Positions 19,969 through 30,289 of a stretch of DNA of 64,000 nucleotides are shown piece by piece; the stretch's first letter is position 1; each line of letters starts with the position of its first letter. The notes under the pieces were generated by a model. The model ran no database searches. It saw nothing but the letters and a program-made list of their open reading frames with translations, and was not told where the DNA came from. The translations under genes and the position numbers were made by a program. Source of the DNA: a virus. Location: the IMG/VR virus record IMGVR_UViG_3300009370_000014, positions 8,074 through 72,073 of that record; one strand, written 5' to 3'.

Positions 19969-20873
19969 GTAAATTTCTCAAACTTTCCTCTACAAGATAC
20001 TAACTGGAGGTATACTACTATTTTACAAAGACAGATATACATTCGAAAGTAAAAAGAAGTTCAGATATATCTTTAATTAAAAGAGGTATCTTCATCCTCG
20101 TCTGAAACCCAAGAACTCACAACTATCATTTCATACTCAATAGCTTTTTTAAATTTTTGTAATAAAAAATTTTCAAATATTTCTGCAGTATCACTATCTA
20201 GAACAACTCCTAGATCCCATCCAGAAAGTCCACATCCAGCATAAGATATAACGTACCCTTTATTTAAAATAGCTCTATGGACTGCTTGAGACATCCCTCC
20301 TGCTTTATCCATTTTATCTTCGATAAAGGTATCGTCATTTGCTACTTCAAGATCATCTAAGTCAAAAATAATTTGTTCATTTCCATGAATATTAATAACT
20401 ACAATCACGTATCCTCCAATTACAGATAAAACGTATTACCTAATCTAAGGTTATACCTTAGTTATATCCATAATCCTTACACATAAGAAGATCTTCACGC
20501 CTTCGTATTTTTCGTCGTCTTTTTTTGGCAAGTTTACGGAGGATCCTTGCCTCTCGTTTATATTCCGGGTTAGTAGCTAAGCAGTCGGCTATCTCTAAAT
20601 CCATTTCACTTGAAGCTATACTTCTCAGTAATCTTTTGATCTGTCTAGTGTTCATAGTAGGATCTCCTTTTTTATTATTTTTAAGATGTTTAGGAAGATA
20701 TATCCTCTCTAATAACAAGTTTAAATCCCCTTCCATCTAAATAAACCATAATTCCAAAGAAAGCTTTTTCCGCATTAACGCCTTGAATATTAAGAGCATC
20801 TAATACAAAATCTCGTAGTTCCAATTCTTTATCATTAAATCCTGCCATTAGACATATCCTCTATCTGGCTGCC

Positions 20874-21239
20874 TTACATTGAGAATGATATTCCACAACC
20901 ACATGTACCAGTGCTACTGGGATTATGGAATACAAATCCTGCTCCTGTGAGTCCATCTCTGTAATCTATAATAAGGCCAGTTAAAAAGAACATCGATTTA
21001 GCATCTATAATAACTTGGTGATTAGTATCTTTAAAAAAAATAGTATCAAATTCAGTAGTTGTTTCAGTAAGATTACAAAGATACTCAAACCCTGAACAAC
21101 CACCTCCTTGGATCCCAATACGTATACCTATGGAATTATTGTCTTTAGTAAGACATATAATCTTATCCTTAGCTAGAATTGATAATTCAACTCCAAGATC
21201 TATGACACTCTCTAATTGTTTCGTGTCCATCGTACTCAT
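20874..21239 (-). CDS. iscA: A-type Fe-S cluster carrier (IscA/ErpA/HesB family)
   Basis: GGGCSGFEY and CGCGISF motifs. Confidence 0.9.
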   Translation of the reverse strand: MSTMDTKQLESVIDLGVELSILAKDKIICLTKDNNSIGIRIGIQGGGCSGFEYLCNLTETTTEFDTIFFKDTNHQVIIDAKSMFFLTGLIIDYRDGLTGAGFVFHNPSSTGTCGCGISFSM

Positions 21240-21573
21240 CTATGTACCACCCATTTTCATTGTTAAAAGGTATATCTATTATACTTAAAGCTGAGCCGGA
21301 ACCGTTAGCTTTAATACCAAGTTCTCTAATTACTTGAAGTAATATGGGATTTATTCTAAAACTTAAGTTATGACACTTATTACCAAAGTATTTAGTACTA
21401 TATTTATTCCCCTCTACATAGTCCTCATTTAAGAAAAACTCAGCATCTGGATTTTCTAGATCATTAGTTTCATCCAATATATATGTAGCAGTCATTCCTA
21501 ACTGCAGGCATCTCTCTATAGCTTCTAAAGATAGGGAAAACCCTCCAAAACACTTATTAATTACTACTTCCAT
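21187..21573 (-). CDS. phage hypothetical protein
   Basis: VVINKCFGGFSLS ... IDEYDGHE pattern. Confidence 0.6.
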   Translation of the reverse strand: MEVVINKCFGGFSLSLEAIERCLQLGMTATYILDETNDLENPDAEFFLNEDYVEGNKYSTKYFGNKCHNLSFRINPILLQVIRELGIKANGSGSALSIIDIPFNNENGWYIDEYDGHETIRECHRSWS

Positions 21574-22381
21574 TTTTAAGTTTATACTTTCTAAGATCTC
21601 TCTTATTTAATTGTTTTTTTTCTATGCAGCGCTGTCCTTTTTTATAAACCCTTATTAAATCATTAAAACTAACTTTCCTTTGGAAAAGATAATCATAATA
21701 ATTCTCCCAACTACGGTATTTTGATTCAGGAGTTGATATAGATTCATATTTTACCCAATACCAGATATCATTTAATCCTTTAGCTAAATTATAATTATTT
21801 TTAAATAAAAATCTTTTAGGATATTCTTTTTTTCGATCCCAAGTATCTGTTTTTTCTCGCAAGCAAAGTATGCCTTCGGGATTAACGTATAGTAACTCAT
21901 CGTAAGGTTGAAATTTATATAATTTATTATCTCCATCAGAGTTAATAATTTCAGTGTAAGGTACACAAATTTCATTATCTTCATAAAAAGTATAAGTCTG
22001 AACTAAATCTTTAATATGATTTCTAAGATGATACCCTCTAATATTTCTATTATCGGTATCTTTACAAATATCGGAGTATACGTTATTCCATTTATCTCCA
22101 ACTCTAGACCTTAAGGTTCTCCATAAAGGACCTAGTCTATCTGTCATCTGTTTAGAGCTATACCTTCTTCTAGGTAACATTCTTTCAGTAGCAAGATCTT
22201 TAGGCCATTTATCTGATCTTCTTCGTGATCTATAGTTAAATCTCTTGCTATTACATCGACCAGTATCAATGATAATATGTTTCATGCTTCTCTTCATATT
22301 TCCCCTATAAGATATCGTTTTAGATAAGTTTACTACTTGATTCCTTAGAAATAAGACTCTCCTTTCCAAACCAAGTACCAT
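21557..22381 (-). CDS. basic hypothetical protein
   Basis: DRLGPLWRTLRSRVGDKWNNVYSDIC; C-terminal KKQLNKRDLRKYKL; true start probably internal (MKRSMK). Confidence 0.6.
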   Translation of the reverse strand: MVLGLERRVLFLRNQVVNLSKTISYRGNMKRSMKHIIIDTGRCNSKRFNYRSRRRSDKWPKDLATERMLPRRRYSSKQMTDRLGPLWRTLRSRVGDKWNNVYSDICKDTDNRNIRGYHLRNHIKDLVQTYTFYEDNEICVPYTEIINSDGDNKLYKFQPYDELLYVNPEGILCLREKTDTWDRKKEYPKRFLFKNNYNLAKGLNDIWYWVKYESISTPESKYRSWENYYDYLFQRKVSFNDLIRVYKKGQRCIEKKQLNKRDLRKYKLKNGSSN

Positions 22382-22988
22382 ATTTGAATTTAGACGGATA
22401 ATTATCCCACTCGATCCCTACTTTCGAAAGCATACAAAGGAGAGCCTCTTGATCTTTTCCGGCACACTCCTTACGGCTGAATCGCGAACATGCAGCTGAT
22501 CGAATACTGTGTCTTTTAGCATCCTGTTGTCTCCAAATTAAAGCATTGCAAGCTTCGGTTAAGCTAGGGGTTTGAAAAGCACGACAATCAAACATAGGGA
22601 TCTTCCCTGCATGAGCACCGGGCATATTAATTAAAGCATTTGTATTAAAATAAATTGTACAAGCAGAAGCTAGAACAGATACCGTTTTCTGGATCCTACC
22701 CTCCAAAAAGGGTTGAGATTTATCTGAATCATTTATAAATATCAAAGTAATCTCATCTGATTGAGTATACCCTATATCTGCTCCGACATGAGCTACCAGC
22801 TGTTTAGTAGTATCTTGCATAGTAGTAACCATGCGTTCATCAAAAGGCTTGTCTAAATTTTTTGTATAGCTGCTAAAATCATGTCCATCTAGCATGACTA
22901 CTATAGGTAAGAAGGGAGTAAATATACGAGAAGCTTCTTTACTCTCATATGATTCCATGCGAACACTTAAGGGAATTTCACATCTCAC
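22320..22988 (-). CDS. tRNA(His) guanylyltransferase Thg1-like protein
   Basis: RMESYE, MLDGHDFSSYTK, KPFD, YTQSDEITL, GRIQK, FDCR, WRQQDA. Confidence 0.92.
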   Translation of the reverse strand: MRCEIPLSVRMESYESKEASRIFTPFLPIVVMLDGHDFSSYTKNLDKPFDERMVTTMQDTTKQLVAHVGADIGYTQSDEITLIFINDSDKSQPFLEGRIQKTVSVLASACTIYFNTNALINMPGAHAGKIPMFDCRAFQTPSLTEACNALIWRQQDAKRHSIRSAACSRFSRKECAGKDQEALLCMLSKVGIEWDNYPSKFKYGTWFGKESLISKESSSKLI

Positions 22989-23034
22989 TTTAATCCTTTA
23001 ACATATATGCTTATATATAGTTCATATAAACCTT

Positions 23035-23451
23035 TGGAGGCGCAGGGAATTGCACCCTGGTCCTGGAAATACTGCTTGATTAGTCTCTACGTGCGTATTC
23101 TTTATTTTTTGTATGTCTGCAGTTACTTCGAAAAGACAAACGAGTGTAATTAGCATAACCCTCTTATTCCTGAGAAGCTGACAGAGGGTCTAGGCTTCCC
23201 GAGGCTTGTATTATTATCAATCTATCTAAACGCCACAAGCGAGGCTCCTAGTAGATCGTCTGGCCTGTATCAGGCAGCTATGAGAGCGTCAGAACCTGCC
23301 CAAGAAGCAGCAAATTCATCAGCAGTCATAGCAACAGATGTATTATTGTCTATTTTGACAATTAAAGTTTTGTAGCTTTTTTAAGTGGCCTGCTACTCCA
23401 CTGCACGCAACATCCTCCGCCTAGTATCCAGTCGAAATCTAAATCGCCCCC
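23035..23451 (-). ncRNA. ssrA: tmRNA; tag frame 23359-23270 (A)VKIDNNTSVAMTADEFAASWAGSDALIAA*
   Basis: 5' GGGGGCG...TTCGAC; 3' T arm caggg-tgcaatt-ccctg followed by CGCCTCCA with G3-U70; tag ends LIAA. Confidence 0.92.
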
Positions 23452-23894
23452 GTTAAATATACGGGCTTATGAAATTTTATTAAAAACATAGTTTTGAAAC
23501 CACTCTTTTACAAACTTTTTATCACCAACTTGTTCAGCTATAACTAGCATCGACAAAAAAATCTGCTTATCTTGATCCATGTTTATACCAAACGTATATT
23601 TCTTCCAAGAATGTTTATGTATATATTTCCTAGAATTAGTCATAACAAATCCCTGCTTATTAACAAGTAATATAGACCATAATGGAAGTCTAACTCTATT
23701 CCAACGATTACTGATTACAGATTGTATAGCTCCAATGAAATGCTGCAGATGTTGAGGAGAATCATGATAAACATTCCAAGAAAGATCATCTAATTCTAAT
23801 AAGTACAATGAAGATTTCATAAGTTGATTCCTGTTTTACACTTTAAAATTTTAAGTAATATAACTGTAATAGAATCTTAAAACGTTTTCATGAT

Positions 23895-24250
23895 TTGCAC
23901 CCATTTAAACCAGGCTACGCCTTTGGTTAGAATGCTCTTACAATTCAAAAGTATATTTTGATAGGTACAAAGCGCTTTAGATGTAGGATCTAAAAATTAC
24001 AATTAAAGCTTTTAATTAGCCCTTCAAGCTGGGGAGGGTATGTAGGTAATCCTAACACCACCAAGCATATATATTTTAGCATTAAGTAGCTAAGTCTTGC
24101 TTAACAAGATAAAGTACAAGGGCTTTGCGATATAGAATCTGTCAAGAAATATAGCACGCTGCAGCCGTCTCGGCGGAGTGCTGCTCCAGGGCTAGGAGAC
24201 AAGCTTAGCGTAGCTAACAAGTACATCTTATCTGTAGAAGATAATAGTTA
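23895..24250. repeat. second non-coding locus with the hairpin-GTAC motif
   Basis: acaat-tcaaaa-gtata-ttttga-taggtac (23940), tcttg-cttaa-caaga-taaagtac (24095), acaagc-ttagc-gta-gctaa-caagtac (24199), with other hairpins between. Confidence 0.5.
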
Positions 24251-24687
24251 CACAGAGTTCTTTTAGCTAGAATGTAAATTTATAACCCAGTCATCATAGG
24301 CCTTCCAAGAATTAGGATTATCTCCTACCAAATAAAGGGTATCTTTTAATATAACTAAAGTTAGCATATCTTCTCCTTCAGGGAGACGATCAAAACTTTT
24401 AATAAGTAAACTTCTTCTATTATCTATGTAAGTTTTTTGGATCTTACCTTGTCTTCTTAGAATACAGATACATTCACTAATATTAATGCTATCTCTCTTA
24501 AGCTTACTTTTTAACTTAAGCAGTAAAGTTGCATCTAAATAGACAGGTCCCTCTATCTTAGCTAATTCCAAATACACTTGTTTTTCTAAAGTAAGGCTGG
24601 GTTTTCTGTTATAGACTGACTCAAATAACAGGACTGCAGTTAGCAAACAAATCAGTGATACTAAAGGAAGAATAAGTCCTAGCATAT

Positions 24688-25212
24688 TTAGACCTTTCTT
24701 ACTGTAGTAATTAAATTACGAATAGATATGCTAACCTGAAGTTCTTTTTCGGAGTATTCTTGTAGTAACTCAGCTTCTATTTCATATTCTTCATTAAGTT
24801 TAGGGTCATGAAATCTTTCCGATCCATCCTGTAAAAACTGCATATAATGGACTATTTCATGTTTAATATAAGTCTTTTTCATACCTTTTTTATAGAAAAC
24901 CACGTAAGGACGTTCTTCAGTACTGACTGAAAAATAAGCGAGAACATCAATTCCCTGCTCGTGACCGTAGTCTTTCTCGGGAATAACTATTATTCTAAGT
25001 TTTGGAAGCTCAAGATACGCACACAAATTAGTGATATACTTCCTAAGAGTACTCTTTTTTAGAAAAGTATTACTAGCTTTACTAAAGTACCTCTCCAGTT
25101 TTTTGGCATAATCGATGTCTAACATGCTTAGCCTCACACCCAGGAGCAGGACAAAACCATAACTCCAGTTTGTTATTCCACTTATAAGGTATTGGTCTCC
25201 CAAATCGTTCAC
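24688..25212 (-). CDS. HEXXH metallopeptidase-like protein
   Basis: KHEIVHYMQ ... YEIEA; start probably at MLDIDY (25128). Confidence 0.65.
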   Translation of the reverse strand: MNDLGDQYLISGITNWSYGFVLLLGVRLSMLDIDYAKKLERYFSKASNTFLKKSTLRKYITNLCAYLELPKLRIIVIPEKDYGHEQGIDVLAYFSVSTEERPYVVFYKKGMKKTYIKHEIVHYMQFLQDGSERFHDPKLNEEYEIEAELLQEYSEKELQVSISIRNLITTVRKV

Positions 25213-25602
25213 AGTTACAAGGAGCTTCTGTAAGTAATCCTTGTCTAATTAGTGTATCACGGAGCCTTTGGTTTAACCTGACTTTGCGTGGATTTTTTTT
25301 TCTCAAATTGTTTCCATATTTTCTCAAGGGGGTTACTTGTCTTGTAAAAATAGAAATTTAAATGTAAATCACAATAAGTTCCTCTACCTTTGTCTTCTGC
25401 CTTACAAACTTTACACTTCATCTAATTTTTTCCTCAAAGCAGAGTTTTTAACTATAATATCAGTTAGTAAGTCATTAACGAACTCCAGTAATTCTTCTTC
25501 CAGTTCATCCTCACAGTCTTCCTGGATAAAATCACAATAGTCCACAAACACCTTTACTCGGCGCTCTATTTCTTCTATATTAATAATTACCTCCAATAGA
25601 CT

Positions 25603-26031
25603 CTAATCTCCTCGATAGGTTCTAAATATAATATCCCATAATGGATAAGTGACACACCAGTTAGCATTTGTGTACATGCTGTGATGAGTATAATGCCAAG
25701 GTATCCACTTAATCATCCAGTCTACATCTAAATGTGCTTTAGTATGTATACCCCAATAAAGAATGCATCCCGATAATGCACCTAAAAAGAGCCATGTTGA
25801 AAAATATAACAGCCATACATGGATTAAGGAAAGTAAAAATAAATAAAAAGCCTCATAGACTGAAGGAGAATCTGCCATACTATTAAAAGTACATACACTG
25901 TGATGCTCTATATGGAAATGAAACATACTGTATTTATTTTTACCCATCCTATGAAGTATATACTTATGTAAAATCCACTCCATTAAATTAGCATAAATAA
26001 GTCCTAATAAAAATAACAGTACGGATATCAT
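25603..26031 (-). CDS. fatty-acid hydroxylase / sterol desaturase superfamily membrane protein
   Basis: His boxes EWILHKYILH, HIEHH, YWGIH, WHYTHH; NWCVTYPLWDIIFRT. Confidence 0.85.
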   Translation of the reverse strand: MISVLLFLLGLIYANLMEWILHKYILHRMGKNKYSMFHFHIEHHSVCTFNSMADSPSVYEAFYLFLLSLIHVWLLYFSTWLFLGALSGCILYWGIHTKAHLDVDWMIKWIPWHYTHHSMYTNANWCVTYPLWDIIFRTYRGD

Positions 26032-27297
26032 ACAATTATGTATCTATAAGTAGAGGTACTAACTCTAGAATACCAATTAATATAAATTTTCAATTTAGTA
26101 TACATTTATTCCTCTTTGTAAATTTCCAATTCACCTACAACTTGAGCACCTTCCATTAAAATTAATTTTTCAAAATTACTAGTTTCTAATATTTTCTTCC
26201 CATATTCAGAAAAAGCTTCTACTTTTACATTTTTTTTGTCAGGTAGAATAATTACAACTAGCTGAAAAGACTGACCGTTTAGTGTAGTAGTGGGTCGATA
26301 TACAACTCCAGGAGCAATCTCTTGTTGTTTAGCTCTAGTAATCCAAGAAATCTTAGCTCGCATGTATTCTCCTATACAAATCCCAACATACTCCAATATA
26401 AATTGTAAGTATAAATATTACTTAGAAAGATGCTCCTTTACATACGCTATAAGTCTATCTAGAGCAATTACTTCTTCATATTGCTCTTCAGAAATAAGCT
26501 TATCTCTGTAAACATAAATAATTCGAAAAGCTCCTTTTATCAGCTTATCAAAGTCATCCTTTTTTAGATCTTCCTGACACATAAAATAGCTCCTTTGCAA
26601 GTGCTATTCTATCTCCTTCTTTCCTCCAAGGAAAGGGTGTAGATAAATTTCCACAAGTGGTACATTTAAATTTTTCATTTTTTAAATCAGAAGCTAGAGT
26701 AAGTAACTCTATCTCAGAAAAATTTTCAGCTAACCTGACGTATTCATCTAAATTTATGTTTAACAATCTACAATCAAGTGTTTTAGTTTGAGTCCAAGAT
26801 CTACCATAACACTTCAACGTACTGCATTTAATCCAAACTGTGTCAAACATCCCCATAAAATCTAAGATCTCCCACTTACTAGCTAAAGATAGAGAACAGG
26901 TAGATTTAAACTTATACCTCTAACTTTACAAGTATAGTTATCTCTGCTGATTCATAAAAACCCTTAACTTATTCTGATTGATCCTTTTCTAATTCCTTAA
27001 GTTTTATTTTCATACTAATGAATGTTCTACGTAAACATTCCTCACAAGGGTCTATTTCAATAGATTTTACTTTCTTTAGTAATTCTTCTCTTTCCAGATG
27101 ATTTAATTTGGATTCATGTGCACTACAACCACCGATAGAAAGAATAAGAGTAATAAAAACTAAAGCTATACACATTACAGTTGTTTTAAGTAATCCTACA
27201 TCAGGATGAGCAGGCATTAAGGCTCCTTTCAACTAGTTAAGGGAGATTTAAGGTAAAGCCAGTAGTAGAATATACTACCAGCGCACCTTCTAGCTAT

Positions 27298-27729
27298 TTA
27301 CTTGACCCAACGCCATGTTTTACGATTTACAACATTAGATATTGTAGAATCAGCTACATCATAAAGATCGGCAAGATCTCTTTGGGATAACTTAGACTTA
27401 CGAATAATCTTTACAGCCGAGGCATTAAGCTTAACAGCTCTAGAATATACATTAGCTTCAACTACTGGACGTAAATCTCTAAATTTTACATTCCCACGAA
27501 GTTTATCAATCTGAACTGTAGAAGAATTTCCATCTTTGGAAAGAGTAACAGTTTTGCTCTTACCCCTCTTACCACTCTTGCGAATCTTAAGAGACTTAGG
27601 AGTCCCTCTTTTGACTGAGACAACCTTATCTATATCCCGATCAATAAAGTAACCTGGAAAATTTTCAATAGAAGCTAATACACTTCCAGTTGAAGTCTGT
27701 ACCGAGGTTAATGTCATACTTTTAGTCAT
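27298..27729 (-). CDS. NUMOD4-like + HTH DNA-binding protein lacking HNH core
   Basis: IENFPGYFI at N-terminus; KLNASAV..IR..SQRDLADLYDV..STISNVVNRKTW at C-terminus; no His residues. Confidence 0.55.
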   Translation of the reverse strand: MTKSMTLTSVQTSTGSVLASIENFPGYFIDRDIDKVVSVKRGTPKSLKIRKSGKRGKSKTVTLSKDGNSSTVQIDKLRGNVKFRDLRPVVEANVYSRAVKLNASAVKIIRKSKLSQRDLADLYDVADSTISNVVNRKTWRWVK

Positions 27730-28076
27730 TAAATAATTTCTTTCTGTTAATTCTGAAAATCAGAATAATCCATAAGTATTATTAAATAGTAACTTCATTA
27801 GTAAGATTTTATAAAACAATAAACAAGATAGTCTAAAAGTTAGTTTATTCCTGACTCACATCCACAATTATGACAGATAGACGTATACTCAGGATGAGTT
27901 AGTTCTAATATATGATCGCCATGCTCGCTACATGCAACCACCACTTCGAATTCAATTTGATCAAATACAAGACTAAGGTCCTTGAAAGGTGCTTTACACC
28001 CTTCAACTACACAGCAGTCTTCAAGTTCTAATATTTTCATCTTTTCTCCTAAACTCAACATGAAATATAAATATCT

Positions 28077-29048
28077 CTAATTACATCTAAAAACAGGACC
28101 ATGGCGGGTAGGATAATTTATAAATCCAGTATCTGAACCTAGAGTTGTACGATCTACTAAGAATACATCTCCTGACTTAAACTTAGTTAGGTTTATAACT
28201 AATCTAACCAAGGTATTCTTTGGAATCGCTTCTCCGAAGAAAAACAGCTTGTAGTGTTGTGAGGTGTGATGTCCCGCTATAGGGATTTCATCTATTTTCT
28301 CCCATGTAGATGCCCCTACCTTCTTTACATCCATACGAATTATTCCTCGCATAGCTATATTAGTATAAGCATTTCGATTTCCTGCTCTAAATCTAAACTC
28401 GTAATCATAGAGTTCTTGTTCAAGCCCAGAAAGATCCTCAAGTCTTTCTTGCCAGACTGTTATCTCATTTGTACCTACTTGGTAGGGGATAAATAGAGGT
28501 ATCTCGTCTACTCGTGCTCGAAAGATTCCTCCTGTATTGACAGTTATTTTTTGGGAAGGGATGATCGCTACTTCTTCTTTAGAGTCTATAAAAAAATTAT
28601 GAACTATAATAGTGAGGCTATCTTTTTGCAGTAGAGAATGTGGATTGACTAGTACATATGCCATTACAGATTCCCCAGGATCCAAAGAAACATCACACTT
28701 TAAATGAGTCTTTATATTTCCAATTGCAGGGTATACCTCAGATACCTTTTTACCTTCTATAATAAATTCGATATTTATCTTATTAAATAAAGGATTTGAA
28801 GAAGTGAATGACACATTAAATCCGTTGAATGTGTATTTCTGGGTGCCTTCATTTTTCACTATACATCTTAGTATATTATTAAAAGGCAGTACTTGATTTC
28901 TGCCAATAGGGAGTACCTGGAAAGTCAAAGTTTTATTGGAATTCCTTATAGACGCTAAGGAAGCTCCGGCTAAAGAACTGCTTGAGCCTCCCCCAGAAGA
29001 TCCACATCCCAGTAAGACACTAACTATTATTAATACGTACTTATTCAT
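28077..29048 (-). CDS. putative lipoprotein, beta-rich
   Basis: Signal with lipobox LLGC followed by Ser/Gly linker. Confidence 0.6.
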   Translation of the reverse strand: MNKYVLIIVSVLLGCGSSGGGSSSSLAGASLASIRNSNKTLTFQVLPIGRNQVLPFNNILRCIVKNEGTQKYTFNGFNVSFTSSNPLFNKINIEFIIEGKKVSEVYPAIGNIKTHLKCDVSLDPGESVMAYVLVNPHSLLQKDSLTIIVHNFFIDSKEEVAIIPSQKITVNTGGIFRARVDEIPLFIPYQVGTNEITVWQERLEDLSGLEQELYDYEFRFRAGNRNAYTNIAMRGIIRMDVKKVGASTWEKIDEIPIAGHHTSQHYKLFFFGEAIPKNTLVRLVINLTKFKSGDVFLVDRTTLGSDTGFINYPTRHGPVFRCN

Positions 29049-29127
29049 ACTTCTTTCCTATCTTTAGATTTTAAGACATAGCAGGGTTGTTAAAGATTAA
29101 ATTATATAGGTAATAAAAATTTTTTAA

Positions 29128-29565
29128 TTAAAGTGACATGATAACCCCGACTCCACTAGAGAGTCCTGTATGAGAATCTTTAATTCTTATGTATACTTTT
29201 CGGTTAGTAGGTATATTTTTATAAAATTCAAATATTCTAGAAGTCTTAGAGATTCCATTTATCGTATCTAAATTAATGTTATCTTCTTCCCAAACTATTG
29301 AGAAATCTTTTCTAGGGGAAAATTGAATAATACCTTTTCCATAAGGAAGATAATAATCTACAGATAATGACCTGCATTCTATCAATTTATACTTACTAGG
29401 AATTTTAGTATATCCTAAATAAAAAATACGAGGTTTTTCACTAATTAAATTTTTAGGCTTAATGTATGAAGTTTTTGTAGAGACTGTAGAAACTTTGTTT
29501 TTACACCCAAAAAGTAACCAACCTAAAGCAAGCAAGGTACTAACTATTATTATTTTTCTTTTCAT
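29128..29565 (-). CDS. putative lipoprotein
   Basis: MKRK + hydrophobic stretch + LFGC. Confidence 0.55.
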   Translation of the reverse strand: MKRKIIIVSTLLALGWLLFGCKNKVSTVSTKTSYIKPKNLISEKPRIFYLGYTKIPSKYKLIECRSLSVDYYLPYGKGIIQFSPRKDFSIVWEEDNINLDTINGISKTSRIFEFYKNIPTNRKVYIRIKDSHTGLSSGVGVIMSL

Positions 29566-29591
29566 AATTCCTCTTTTCTTTGTACTAAAAA

Positions 29592-29664
29592 TACTCGCAC
29601 CAGGATTTGAACCTGGAATCGTCTGATTAGAAGTCAGATGCCTTATCCATTAGGCCATACGAGC
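29592..29664 (-). tRNA. tRNA-Arg(TCT)
   Basis: Cloverleaf; tctga-ctTCTaa-tcaga; T arm ccagg-ttcaaat-cctgg. Confidence 0.92.
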
Positions 29665-29922
29665 TTAAAGAATTCCACACCAGTCATCTGTACCAAAGCT
29701 TTTTACTACTTCTCCTTCAATCACTGCAATATCTCTAAAATTATGATTCTGTCTAAGTTCCAAAATCTCTTCTTTAGTTAAGCGCTCAATAATAGGATAT
29801 TCTCTATTATCAATATAGTAAATTACTAGATAATCTACTGGTTTTTTAAACCTATTTGGTTTCATTATTCTACCTTATATTTAAATCTTTAAATTAAAAG
29901 AAGCCTCTTTGTCATTATTCTA

Positions 29923-29996
29923 TAGGCGATGTGGGACTTGAACCCACAACCTCTTGGGTGTAAACCAAGTGCTCTATCCAATTGAGCTAATCGCCT
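29923..29996 (-). tRNA. tRNA-Val(TAC)
   Basis: Cloverleaf; cttgg-ttTACac-ccaag. Confidence 0.92.
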
Positions 29997-30009
29997 TTAG
30001 TATAAGATC

Positions 30010-30105
30010 GGCCTAATTATTCATTTCCCAATTACGCTTATGGCTGCAATGGGACGGAGGAACCTTAAGATGCCCCACCAAGTTTCCCCGGTAAATAAAA
30101 AGGCC
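30010..30105 (-). ncRNA. unclassified three-way-junction RNA candidate in the tRNA cluster
   Basis: Closing ggcct/aggcc; arms cggggaaactt/aaggttcctccg and tcccattgc/gtaattggga. Confidence 0.45.
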
Positions 30106-30123
30106 TAAATTTCTAAGTATATA

Positions 30124-30207
30124 TGGGTAAGGAAGGATTCGAACCTTCAAAGGAAATATCCAGGAGGGTACCTTCTCCCCAGGCTAACCATACCTGCTAT
30201 CTTACGC
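30124..30207 (-). pseudogene. degenerate tRNA-like element (long variable arm, GTA within a non-canonical loop)
   Basis: T arm gaagg-ttcgaat-ccttc; acceptor gcgtaag/cttaccc with one mismatch; irregular D and anticodon arms. Confidence 0.5.
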
Positions 30208-30215
30208 CTTGATGA

Positions 30216-30289
30216 TGGGCCGGGGCGGACTTGAACCGCCAACCTACGCTTTATGAGAGCGTAGCTCTAACCAATTGAGCTACCAGCCC
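30216..30289 (-). tRNA. tRNA-CAT, Ile2 or elongator Met
   Basis: Cloverleaf; acgct-ctCATaa-agcgt; GGGCTGG acceptor is Ile-like. Confidence 0.88.
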
